Shown here one piece after another: positions 27,378 through 36,355 of a stretch of DNA of 48,535 bases; the first letter of the stretch is position 1; every line of letters begins with the position of its first letter. The notes beneath the pieces were generated by a model, which saw only the letters and a program-made list of their open reading frames with translations, ran no database searches and had not been told where the DNA came from. A program made the translations under genes and the position numbers. The stretch comes from a virus (lineage: Duplodnaviria > Caudoviricetes): positions 1 to 48,535 of the IMG/VR virus record IMGVR_UViG_3300020387_000002; one strand, 5' to 3'.

Positions 27378-28664
27378 ATGAGTGAGGCAGAGGCCCATTC
27401 GGGACAAAATACAGAAGTTGAAGAGGCAGAAGCCCTTCAAAACACTGAAAGCATCCAAGACGCACCCGAGGTCGGAAATGACGATCTGGGGGGTTCGGGC
27501 GAGGTGGATGGACAGCAGGAAGCTGCTGAACAAGCCACGCCGTCTATGGCAGACAGGATATCTGAAGCTGGGGACATAGCTGAATACGAGGCTTTAATGT
27601 CTGAGATTGAGCAGAACCCCAACCTCTTGCAAGAACTTGACCCAAATGAACAGAGTTCTGAAGAAACGGCTACGAATGAGGAGGAGGCGCAGGCCCCTCC
27701 GGAGGGAGAGCCAGAGCAACGAGACGAGCAACCCGTTGAGCAAGAGCAAGTTGAAGAGCAAAGTCAGCCAGACGAAGCCGAAGACGTAGTAGGTGAGGAG
27801 GATAAAATCCCCCAATTCCGATTGCGTCCGACAGAGCAAGTGGATGCTGAGGCATTGCGAATAATGAAGGCCGCAGATGCCGCTGACGCACCTATCAATC
27901 TTTCACAAGCACTTGATATTGCAAGACAGCGGTTGGGCGTAGATGAGAGACCGAAAGCTCAGATTGAGCCAGTTGCAGAAGACAACGAGGCTTATGAAGA
28001 GGAGTCTTCAGAAGAAGACCCACTATCTCAGGTAACCCTAGATGAGGCCAAACAGGAACTAAAGGACCTTCGCAAAAAGCATAGCCAAGCACTCCGTGAG
28101 GGCGACCTAGATGAGGCCGCAGATGTCATGGATCAACTTGGTGAAACTGAAGAACTCATCGAGGTGCTTGCCGTTCGTGAAGAACATGAAGCAACGGCAG
28201 CAGTTGATGAACACGATCAGGCTTTTGATACCTCAGTTGCAAAAGCAAACGAGCTTTACCCAGAGTTTGGGAATGAAGGCTCAGACTTTTACGCTAGAGC
28301 AACAGAGATCGACGCGGCCCTGCGGGATACTGAAGACAATCGCTACTACGATGCTAATAAGCCACTTCTGATTGCCCAAATGGTAGCGAAGGAGCTTAAT
28401 ATAGCGCCAAACACGGGAGGGCCAGCCAAGAATCCCCCCGTGCAGAAGCAAGAAGCTGCGCCTCAGCAACAGTCACCCTCTTCGCCCCAGCCCCCAAGGA
28501 CCGAAAAGCCCGGCCAACTACCCGCAGCCAGTGGAGCTTCACGCACTGCTGGCGTCCAAACCGGACAAGCGGCTACACTTGCTGATCAAGTGGCGAATAT
28601 ATCCAACCCTGATGACTTTGACGAATTAGCCGAACAAGTCTTCCGGTCTGGAATTGCTGATTGA
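27378..28664 (+). CDS. Capsid scaffolding protein
   Basis: Very acidic, E/Q-rich helical 428-aa protein immediately upstream of the major capsid gene. Confidence 0.8.
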   Translation: MSEAEAHSGQNTEVEEAEALQNTESIQDAPEVGNDDLGGSGEVDGQQEAAEQATPSMADRISEAGDIAEYEALMSEIEQNPNLLQELDPNEQSSEETATNEEEAQAPPEGEPEQRDEQPVEQEQVEEQSQPDEAEDVVGEEDKIPQFRLRPTEQVDAEALRIMKAADAADAPINLSQALDIARQRLGVDERPKAQIEPVAEDNEAYEEESSEEDPLSQVTLDEAKQELKDLRKKHSQALREGDLDEAADVMDQLGETEELIEVLAVREEHEATAAVDEHDQAFDTSVAKANELYPEFGNEGSDFYARATEIDAALRDTEDNRYYDANKPLLIAQMVAKELNIAPNTGGPAKNPPVQKQEAAPQQQSPSSPQPPRTEKPGQLPAASGASRTAGVQTGQAATLADQVANISNPDDFDELAEQVFRSGIAD

Positions 28665-28719
28665 TTGGTTGTGTTTGTCGCGGGTCCGAAAACCGCAATT
28701 CAATTAACCACCAAGAATC

Positions 28720-30249
28720 ATGGCATTCCATACTTCCAATGTTACTGGTCAGGGAATCGGCAACGCCCTTTCCGCTGACCCCGCAAACGCATTTGGTAAC
28801 GCTGGGGCAGTCCGCGAACTTTGGCGCAAAGGAGTTGAGGTCTATGAACAGACCGCAGACTTCTTTGCTCCTTTCGAGGGCGGCAACGACAGCATTATCC
28901 AAACCGTTACCGACACGACCAAAGGTCGCGGTCAGAAAATTACGTTCACCACCATGGCTGGTCTCTACAATGAGCCCAAGCACGGGGATGAGCTTTTTGA
29001 TGACGGTGATGCTTTCGAGTCGATCAAGATCAATTCCGCAACCCTGTCCGTGGACTTCATGCGCCACGGCGTTCGTTACACCGAGCGAGCTGAAGAGTTC
29101 ATGGGAATGCGCGGCGAAATCGCCGTAGGCATCCCCCGCGAGCTTGGCAAGTGGATGGGCCGCAACAAGAGTGAGAAGCTGTTTATGAGCTTCTTGCACC
29201 ACGGCGCAGGCGCAAACCAAATTATTGCAAACAGCAAGGCCAACGCGGACGCTCTGTTTACTGCTGACACCCTTGATTGGGACGGCATCGTCTCCGCTCA
29301 GACGCAGCTCTCCCGCCTTGGCGGAAGCCCTGCTAAATTGGGCCGGGATCAGAACGGTAACGCCATTCATCGCTACTGCTCCGTTGCAACCACTGACGCT
29401 CTGTTCTCTCTTGAGCAGGACGCTGACTACAAGGATGCACACGAAGAGGGTGGGCCAAACGCCTACTCCAACCAGTTGTTTACGGGTGGCTACTCCGATG
29501 TCCGGGGTAATATCATCAAGAAATACAATCCCATCGACCATGACGGATACGGTGCGATTGCTTCTCCGCTGAACCCCAAGGCAGAGCTTGGATGCTCGAC
29601 CACCAACGGGTTTACCACCAACAGCACCACTGGTGTTGCAAACCTCAGAATCGCTGGCGGTGGATCTGCAACTGCTGGGGCTCTTACGGCTCCCGCTTAC
29701 TTCAAATACTTCCCGCTCTTCGCGTTCAAGTTCCTTGCAACGGACACCCTGTCTCTTGCGGCCAGCTTGTATGGAAGTGGGGCGTTCTTTGTAGCGGTTG
29801 TAAACCACCCCAATGCGGCCACAGACCCGAACAAGATTGGCTTCTACTCATGTAACGCCAATGACGGGAACCTGTTGACCGTGAACGACAAGCACCAGTC
29901 GGGAGACGCCAATAACCACCTTGGCTCCCTTCCTGCCTTTGATGCGGCGGTTCACACCAACACCCACGATGCTGGAACAGCCAGCGTCTACCTTGTGAAC
30001 CAGCACGGTGTGCCTTACGGCCACACTCTGTTCATGGGTAAGCAGGCTGCTCGTCGCGCATACGGCAAGTATCGCAACCAGCGTTCCGAAGACTCCCATG
30101 AGGGCGGCTTCGTGAAGGACATCTTCGTGACCTCTGTCTTCGGACAGGAGCCAGTGCAGGATGCTGCTGGGCGCAGGCCGGGATACCTTATCCTGACACA
30201 CGCACTGCAATACGCTGGAGTTCCGTTCCCGACAGTCACCACTGCTTAA
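28720..30249 (+). CDS. Major capsid protein (N4 gp56/DUF4043-like)
   Basis: KGRGQKITF...G...GDE, MRHGV, LGKWMGR..SEKLF and C-terminal HTLFMGKQAA; codon usage looks like a highly expressed gene. Confidence 0.85.
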   Translation: MAFHTSNVTGQGIGNALSADPANAFGNAGAVRELWRKGVEVYEQTADFFAPFEGGNDSIIQTVTDTTKGRGQKITFTTMAGLYNEPKHGDELFDDGDAFESIKINSATLSVDFMRHGVRYTERAEEFMGMRGEIAVGIPRELGKWMGRNKSEKLFMSFLHHGAGANQIIANSKANADALFTADTLDWDGIVSAQTQLSRLGGSPAKLGRDQNGNAIHRYCSVATTDALFSLEQDADYKDAHEEGGPNAYSNQLFTGGYSDVRGNIIKKYNPIDHDGYGAIASPLNPKAELGCSTTNGFTTNSTTGVANLRIAGGGSATAGALTAPAYFKYFPLFAFKFLATDTLSLAASLYGSGAFFVAVVNHPNAATDPNKIGFYSCNANDGNLLTVNDKHQSGDANNHLGSLPAFDAAVHTNTHDAGTASVYLVNQHGVPYGHTLFMGKQAARRAYGKYRNQRSEDSHEGGFVKDIFVTSVFGQEPVQDAAGRRPGYLILTHALQYAGVPFPTVTTA

Positions 30250-30291
30250 TTCCTGAGAAATCAGGGATTTGGGATCAAGAACCCAATTATG

Positions 30292-30331
30292 GGGGCCCTG
30301 AGTTGCAATTCTTGCAACCGGGGCCCCTTTT
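30292..30331 (+). terminator. Intrinsic terminator after the capsid gene, built on two TTGCAA copies
   Basis: GGGGCCCTGAGTTGCAA-TTC-TTGCAACCGGGGCCCC-TTTT; two smaller hairpins precede it at 30248-30286. Confidence 0.75.
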
Positions 30332-30339
30332 GCTATACT
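30312..30339 (+). promoter_or_regulatory. Sigma70-type promoter overlapping the terminator (leaderless)
   Basis: TTGCAA (30312) - 16 nt - TATACT (30334) with extended -10 TGn; ATG at 30346. Confidence 0.65.
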
Positions 30340-30345
30340 TTGAGT

Positions 30346-30672
30346 ATGCCTATTTTAGCAGTGTTGCAGTATCCTGATCGCGGAACGTATGCCCCAGCAA
30401 AATACGGAACTCGGCATGGGAACTTTTTGAGGTCCAAGGTGCCGGGAATGGAGGAGGAAATCTGGGTCTTTGGTGGGCGCACATATGACCTTTCCAAAGC
30501 TAAAGACAGGGAAGATTTCAATGCAGACTGCGCCACTCTTATCCCCTTTTGCCACGGAAGAAAAATGAGAGTGGTTCCGGTTATTTTGAATCCTGTGGCT
30601 GCTAAAAAGACAGCCAAGAAAAAGGCGGCTAAAGAGCTGCCAGAAAAACTTTTGCCACCCTCCGGAGGGTAG
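30346..30672 (+). CDS. Hypothetical protein with basic C-terminal tail
   Basis: Start reassigned to MPILAVLQYP, after the terminator/promoter; AAKKTAKKKAAK tail. Confidence 0.7.
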   Translation: MPILAVLQYPDRGTYAPAKYGTRHGNFLRSKVPGMEEEIWVFGGRTYDLSKAKDREDFNADCATLIPFCHGRKMRVVPVILNPVAAKKTAKKKAAKELPEKLLPPSGG

Positions 30673-30678
30673 TAAGCC

Positions 30679-31440
30679 ATGACTCTTAAAGAGCTTAGAG
30701 ACAACGTGTTGCGGGTCCTCTGGATGGAGGGAGCAGGGACGATTCCTGACTATATTTACGAGGATGCCACCACGGCCATCAATTCTGCGTTGCAACTCAT
30801 GCACCAGAGCCCTCTGGACTATTTCCGCAAAGAGGAGGGGCAGCTATCCTATTCTGCGGGAACATCATCGGCAAACCTCAACACCCTGTATGGAGCAAAC
30901 GAGCTTATTGGGCCCGTTTGGATCGAGGCAGAGAACAACAGGGAGCTTCATAGGATCACCGACGAGTCTGAGTTTAACCAATTCTTCCCAAGGTTTTATG
31001 GGAAAACTGAAGCTCAGGCCGTAGCTGACGGGGTTCCCGCTCCAAGTTACTACTTCGTTAAAACTCGCAGAGAAGCAGCCGAAGACTCTGGAAGGGACTC
31101 GTCTGGCGCGTATATCGAGATCAAGCCGACCCCAACGGCAACCGTAATTATCAATCTAATTTACGCCAGAAAGGCTGCCGTTTTTGAAACAAGCTACATC
31201 AAGGCCCTGTCAGGATCAGAGGTAACTCCCGTCCCGGCAGACGCGGTAGAGACAATCCTCCTGCCGCTTGCTAGAATGTATGCAATGAGGTCTCACTTTT
31301 TCTTTGAGAAAGACAAGATCCCCATGTTTGAGCAGGACTCAGCCAGAGCGATGCAATCGTTGCAAGTCTCTGACCCCGAAATGGGGACAAAGAGCCACAT
31401 GGCTGAGCAGCTTAGAAAACAATTCGCGTCTGAAGAATAA
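30679..31440 (+). CDS. Head-tail adaptor-like protein 1
   Basis: MTLKELRDNV...AINSAL, PSYY, IEIKPTP...INLIY, ILLPLA pattern of podophage adaptors. Confidence 0.7.
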   Translation: MTLKELRDNVLRVLWMEGAGTIPDYIYEDATTAINSALQLMHQSPLDYFRKEEGQLSYSAGTSSANLNTLYGANELIGPVWIEAENNRELHRITDESEFNQFFPRFYGKTEAQAVADGVPAPSYYFVKTRREAAEDSGRDSSGAYIEIKPTPTATVIINLIYARKAAVFETSYIKALSGSEVTPVPADAVETILLPLARMYAMRSHFFFEKDKIPMFEQDSARAMQSLQVSDPEMGTKSHMAEQLRKQFASEE

Positions 31441-32375
31441 TGACTGTTCAAGAATTAGCTCAAAGGCTTGCAAGATGGACAGCCAGTAAGACGCTCTCGC
31501 AAATGAGCGTTGAGGATCGTTTGATCCTACTGGATTGTATTAACTCCGCTGTTTTTAACTGGTTTAGCACGGCCCCGGAAAACCTGAGGATGACCACGGT
31601 CTCGCACCTAATAAGGGCGAAGGAGACCATCAGCTTTACCGCCACCAACGGAGGAAACGACATGACTGGCGCTTCGTTGCAAGACTATCATCTGGGAGCG
31701 GCTTTGGAGATTGCAGGGGAGAAAAACATGAATGAAATCGTTTCGGTTTCTGGGACCCCTAAAATGCTTAACCAGTTTCGCGGATCAACTGGCTCCGTGT
31801 CCGCAAGTGTCCACTTTGACACCATTATGCTTACGGACCACAGCGTCAACAGACTGGTAAGTCACCCTAGAGTGCTTGATACAGGCGTAACCCTTTACAG
31901 AGATGATGACGCTTTAAGGTTTGTGGGCCCGGAAAGACGGATTAGAGCTTTTTCTGGAGTCGTGGGAACATCAGTGACCTCCGGGTCTGTGCAAAAATTT
32001 GGGGACCCGACAAGGTATGTTCTAGAGAACACCGGGGTGTCCCAAAAGGACGAAGCGAGGCTTATGATTCGCTTGGACCCGATTCCAGACAAGGAGATGA
32101 CCATAATCTTTGATGCGGTATTAGATCCACCGTCCCATGACTTAACAGACGTAGACGGGAGCGTGGCAGTTGCTGTCCCAGATCAATATGTTCTGCCTCA
32201 TGTTCTGCCGTTGGCGCTTAGCGACTTGGTTATGACCCCGATCTGGGGAGGGACAAAAGAGGAGAGAGACGCTTCGTTGCAAAGAGGGATCTCAGCATTA
32301 GCTGCAATTAACAGAACCATGCAGAACAACAGGGGAGCCCCGGTAAATTATGTGAGAACCAGACCCGGATATTAA
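31440..32375 (+). CDS. Head-tail adaptor-like protein 2 (probable paralog)
   Basis: MTVQELAQRL...CINSAV, GDPTRY, IRLDPIP...IIFDA, VLPLAL mirror the preceding gene. Confidence 0.65.
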   Translation: MTVQELAQRLARWTASKTLSQMSVEDRLILLDCINSAVFNWFSTAPENLRMTTVSHLIRAKETISFTATNGGNDMTGASLQDYHLGAALEIAGEKNMNEIVSVSGTPKMLNQFRGSTGSVSASVHFDTIMLTDHSVNRLVSHPRVLDTGVTLYRDDDALRFVGPERRIRAFSGVVGTSVTSGSVQKFGDPTRYVLENTGVSQKDEARLMIRLDPIPDKEMTIIFDAVLDPPSHDLTDVDGSVAVAVPDQYVLPHVLPLALSDLVMTPIWGGTKEERDASLQRGISALAAINRTMQNNRGAPVNYVRTRPGY

Positions 32376-32376
32376 A

Positions 32377-32793
32377 ATGATTGCAGACGCCACAAAGCTA
32401 AAGGCCGCAGTTAAACAGGCCCTACAGGAGATCAATGACGCATGTTACGAAATGCGCCAAGAGGGAGTCATCGTTCTTATGCCGGAAGCTGTTGAATTTG
32501 AGGTGAACATGGTCATAGGGACAGACATCAATGTTGTCACAAGGACCAATAACGAGAGCGAGAGTGACGGAACAACCACTACAACTCGCGCCTCTGGGGC
32601 TGCTGACCTTACCGCAGGCCCTCACGAACAGGAGGTATCCACCAAGACGAAAGACAACAAAGAGACAGAAAGGACATATACCAATCTCAATGAAACAACC
32701 ACAATCAACCATCCCACAGTTACGACCACTGGAAGCGGAGCAGATACTGGAGAGGAAACAGTGGAATACACCTACGGAGACGGGGACGCATAA
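32377..32793 (+). CDS. Thr-rich small virion-module protein (N-terminal half of an in-frame pair)
   Basis: Helix plus VEFEVNMV strand, then a T/E-rich extension. Confidence 0.7.
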   Translation: MIADATKLKAAVKQALQEINDACYEMRQEGVIVLMPEAVEFEVNMVIGTDINVVTRTNNESESDGTTTTTRASGAADLTAGPHEQEVSTKTKDNKETERTYTNLNETTTINHPTVTTTGSGADTGEETVEYTYGDGDA

Positions 32794-32796
32794 GCC

Positions 32797-33099
32797 ATGG
32801 CTAGTTCAGACAATATAATTAAAAGAGTAACCGATACCGAGGCCAATAAAGGCCAAATATCGGCGCAGTCATATGACAGCGAAACAAAAAGGACCGTAAC
32901 CTCTCCAACCCTTACAAAGGAGACTACGACCCAGCTTGATGACACTGCCACTACAAGCGAAAGAAAGGTTGGCAATGTAACAGAAACGCGAACCTCGTCA
33001 GGGGTGGGGACTGTTACCACTACAAACGAGGACAAGGGCGTGGTCCTGAGGTTTACCATCCCTATCCAGCAGAGAAATCCAATTGTTAGATCGGAGTAA
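32797..33099 (+). CDS. Thr-rich small virion-module protein (C-terminal half of an in-frame pair)
   Basis: Same frame as the previous ORF (TAA GCC ATG); T-rich, ending LRFTIPI. Confidence 0.7.
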   Translation: MASSDNIIKRVTDTEANKGQISAQSYDSETKRTVTSPTLTKETTTQLDDTATTSERKVGNVTETRTSSGVGTVTTTNEDKGVVLRFTIPIQQRNPIVRSE

Positions 33100-33129
33100 T
33101 TGCAATACTATTAACCAACTTACCAAGTT

Positions 33130-33384
33130 ATGCTTACAAGGTCAGGAAGAGAACTTTTAGCCTCTGGAAAAGGGGCCTTAGGAACAGAAGCCGCATGGAC
33201 GCTTTCTGGTGACGGTTATGCTGCTGACGACCTTCATCCATGCGCTCCATTTAACGGACTCTTAGGAGTCTCTACAGCGTGGAGAGAAGACGACTCCACT
33301 GGGGACCTCTCCCCTCTTGCCGCCCCCGCAAGCGACTCTCATTTTACAGTTTCGGGATCAGACCTAGTCACTAACGCAACATAG
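33130..33384 (+). CDS. Small hypothetical protein preceding the tail fibre
   Basis: 84-aa ORF ending 2 nt before the fibre start. Confidence 0.6.
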   Translation: MLTRSGRELLASGKGALGTEAAWTLSGDGYAADDLHPCAPFNGLLGVSTAWREDDSTGDLSPLAAPASDSHFTVSGSDLVTNAT

Positions 33385-33386
33385 AA

Positions 33387-35312
33387 ATGGCCACTCCAAA
33401 CATAATCCCCAACGCCAACAACGAAGGCAAATTAGGAAAATCTGGGACCCAGTGGTCCGAGGTTAGGGGGCAGACAATTTACCAAAACGGGAGCCAAGTT
33501 GCAAATTTGGCGTCTCCCACATTTACCGGAGCCCCTAAGGCTCCCACGCCGGGAAGCTCTGACAACTCGATAAACATTGCAACTACGGCATGGGTGACGA
33601 CTTTTCTTACCGGGATTTACACAAAAATCCACGGCTCCCCTACTGCCGGGAACCTGTTTAAGTCTAAAGCTGGGGGGCTTATTGAGGATAGTGGTCACTC
33701 TGCCACAACCCTGCTCGCTAGAGCTAACCACACAGGCGCTCAGGCCCAAAGCACTGTCACAGACCTTGTGAGTGATCTTGCAACGATAACCAGTAATGTT
33801 GCAACAAACACCTCTGCCATCTCAGGCAAGGCGGCCACTTCCCACACCCACACAAGTGCTGACATTACTGACGCAACAGATGCGGCTACAGTTAGCAAGG
33901 TTGTAAAACGAAGCGCAACAGGGGCCGCGTCATTCGCGTCTACCGGGACAAACAAAGCTGTTAGCGCGTCATCAACTGGAACCAATGGATACGGGGTATA
34001 TGGGGCCTCCACAGGGAACACCAGCTATTCCGTTTTTGGATTTAACACAGGGACAGGAGGAACTGCTGGCCACTTCTCCAATGGTGCTGCCAGCGGAAAA
34101 GGGCTTATTGCCGATAACAACCAGACCTCAGCTATCATCCTTGAGGCAAGGCACTCAACCAACCCAATGTTTACCGTTCTCACCGGATCAAAGGTGAGAC
34201 TGTATAACACTGCTTCATCATATTATTCTGAGATCAACCACGGCACCTTAACAGCCAATAGAACGATAACGTGGCCGGATGCTACCGGGACAGTTACTCT
34301 TGGAGACGGAGGGGGAATCACTGACGCAGGGGCGTTCAGAACGGCTCTGGGGGTTGGCACAGGTGACTCTCCCTCGTTCACTAAGACCTCCGTAACCTCC
34401 TCCACTTCTGAAGGATACAACTTTAGCTCTGGAGCTAAAATTGCCCTAGAAAACGCCGCCAATACCAGCAAGTTTCAACTCCCTCACGGGGGAGGAAGCA
34501 CAGAAAAGCTGGTGGATGGGGACGGCAGAGGCATTACTGATGCTGCGGCATTCAGGACCGCAATTGGGTGTTCCAACATCGCCGGGGACACGTTTACAGG
34601 GACTGTCGTAATCGACCCCGCGAGTGGCTCCAACATGATTAGGATGGACGGGCCTTCTGGTGGATACGCCCTGCTTACCTTTGACTCATCGTCCACTAGG
34701 ACCCTTGCGGTCCCAGATGCCACCGGAAATCTAGCTGTATGCGCTAGCGGGGCAGGGGCAATTGTTGCATCAGATGTAACCGATTCCACCGCCACGGGAA
34801 GATCGCTGATGACCGCAGCAAATGCGGCAGCAGGAAGGGCGGCTCTGAGCGCGTCAACCCAATCAGCAACCCTTGGATTTGGTGTAATCGCCGGAACAAG
34901 GAATAACACCAATGCGACCACTGTATCTACAGGGTCTTTTGCAATAATTCACCCGGGAACCTTTGCCGTGGTTAATGGGGCCAACTTCAGTGTCCCAACC
35001 GCCTCGCAGGCCAAGGTTACTTATGGCGGCTCTGTGACATCAAACTTTTTGGTCACAGCCGTTATGACCGTCAAGAGCGGGGCCTCTGGGACTGTGACTG
35101 TTTCTGCTCGGCTGGGCCTGAACGGAGCCACCATCTCCACTTCAGAGGTAAGCCAGACGTTTTTGAATAATAGCCACGAAGACTCGATGACCGTGCAAAA
35201 CGTGATGAGTCTCGCTAACACGAATACTGTGGAGGTCTGGATTGCTAACGAAACTGGCTCAGACAACCCCACTGTTACCGATATTTCGCTAACCCTGATC
35301 CCCATGGATTGA
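33387..35312 (+). CDS. Tail fibre protein
   Basis: LASPTFTGAPKAPTP...IATTAWV fibre repeat, RANHTG and SHTHTSADITD knots, RTITWPDATGT/RTLAVPDATGN repeats; G/S/T/A-rich. Confidence 0.85.
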   Translation: MATPNIIPNANNEGKLGKSGTQWSEVRGQTIYQNGSQVANLASPTFTGAPKAPTPGSSDNSINIATTAWVTTFLTGIYTKIHGSPTAGNLFKSKAGGLIEDSGHSATTLLARANHTGAQAQSTVTDLVSDLATITSNVATNTSAISGKAATSHTHTSADITDATDAATVSKVVKRSATGAASFASTGTNKAVSASSTGTNGYGVYGASTGNTSYSVFGFNTGTGGTAGHFSNGAASGKGLIADNNQTSAIILEARHSTNPMFTVLTGSKVRLYNTASSYYSEINHGTLTANRTITWPDATGTVTLGDGGGITDAGAFRTALGVGTGDSPSFTKTSVTSSTSEGYNFSSGAKIALENAANTSKFQLPHGGGSTEKLVDGDGRGITDAAAFRTAIGCSNIAGDTFTGTVVIDPASGSNMIRMDGPSGGYALLTFDSSSTRTLAVPDATGNLAVCASGAGAIVASDVTDSTATGRSLMTAANAAAGRAALSASTQSATLGFGVIAGTRNNTNATTVSTGSFAIIHPGTFAVVNGANFSVPTASQAKVTYGGSVTSNFLVTAVMTVKSGASGTVTVSARLGLNGATISTSEVSQTFLNNSHEDSMTVQNVMSLANTNTVEVWIANETGSDNPTVTDISLTLIPMD

Positions 35313-35333
35313 TCTCCCCCCCGGAGGGAGGCT

Positions 35334-36059
35334 ATGAGAACCCCCAAAACAAACAGGTCCTGCGTGGCGCTTGCAATTATTGCAAGCTGCTTTGCGTTTG
35401 TGTCGTGTTCTCCCCCGGTCACACAGGCACCGCCAGCCATAGCGGTTCCCAAATTATCTCCAAAGCCCAATATAGCCAATACGGAAGCGCAGGTCCGAAA
35501 GGTAGAGGCTAAAGTTGGAGAGGTGGAAGACGCGGTAAGGGATGTTGGGCACAAGCTCGACGCCGCCAAAGTGACCACAGAAGCCATAGAAAAGGCCGTT
35601 GAAGAGGCTTACGCAAACGGGCTAGAGGCGGGATCTGCTGCCGCTGACGAGCTTCGGGGCTTTGTGGTAGACCTTAGGGCAGAGTTAGACTCGTCTATTG
35701 TCGCTAGGGAGTCTGCCGTTGCAGCACTAAACGAGACCAAAGCGGCTCTAACCAAGGCAGAGCAAGCAAACCTCCAGTTGCGATCTGAGATAGAGGCTAT
35801 GGCCGTCCAGAACAAAGGCTTACTGGAAAGGCTAGAGGAGGCAAACTCCCGCATCGAAATAGGGATCAAAATTGCTGCTGAAAGAGACGCGGCTCGGGAA
35901 AAGGTAGTAAAAGTGGAGTCCCAAAGGGATGAAGCCCTTAAATATAAAAGGTTTGTGTGGATTGCGGTAGCCGTGGCGATGCTATATCTTGTCCTGAAAG
36001 TTGTTGTTGCAACTGGAACTTGGACACCGCAAGGACGAATTGCTAAAATACTTTTTTAA
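35334..36059 (+). CDS. Putative unimolecular spanin-like lipoprotein
   Basis: N-terminal signal with lipobox FVSC, long coiled coil, C-terminal TM FVWIAVAVAMLYLVLKVVV. Confidence 0.6.
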   Translation: MRTPKTNRSCVALAIIASCFAFVSCSPPVTQAPPAIAVPKLSPKPNIANTEAQVRKVEAKVGEVEDAVRDVGHKLDAAKVTTEAIEKAVEEAYANGLEAGSAAADELRGFVVDLRAELDSSIVARESAVAALNETKAALTKAEQANLQLRSEIEAMAVQNKGLLERLEEANSRIEIGIKIAAERDAAREKVVKVESQRDEALKYKRFVWIAVAVAMLYLVLKVVVATGTWTPQGRIAKILF

Positions 36060-36076
36060 CCAACCAACTGAATCCA

Positions 36077-36343
36077 ATGGAACATACCCAAAGTGCAAAC
36101 GTAAAGGCCAAGTTCAAGGATAGCGGCATTGATGCCCTGCCCGTGGACATAAGCTCAACCGATCAGCCTCTGGCGCAGGTCGCTAGAGCTTTGGTCATCG
36201 GGACTGCCGGGAACCTTAAAGTGACCACGTTGCAAGGCAACACTGTGACGCTTGTAGGTGTCCCCGCTGGGGTCTTGCCTCTCTGTGTCACGAAAGTGTT
36301 CAGAACAGGAACGACCGCAGTCAACATTAGTGCAATTTTTTAG
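36077..36343 (+). CDS. Head spike base protein (RcGTA Rcc01079-like)
   Basis: RALVIGTAGNLKVT...G.TVT...VPAGVLPLCVTKVFRTGTTA.NI.A matches the family pattern. Confidence 0.8.
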   Translation: MEHTQSANVKAKFKDSGIDALPVDISSTDQPLAQVARALVIGTAGNLKVTTLQGNTVTLVGVPAGVLPLCVTKVFRTGTTAVNISAIF

Positions 36344-36355
36344 ACCCAATAGGAA

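Noticed and set aside
28573-29808. 411-aa antisense ORF over the capsid gene
   Set aside because: Explained by the biased codon usage of the capsid gene; no motif recognised.
32791-32793. Genome-wide stop codon reassignment
   Set aside because: TAA, TAG and TGA all terminate well-defined genes and coding density is high under the standard code; only this one in-frame junction is notable.
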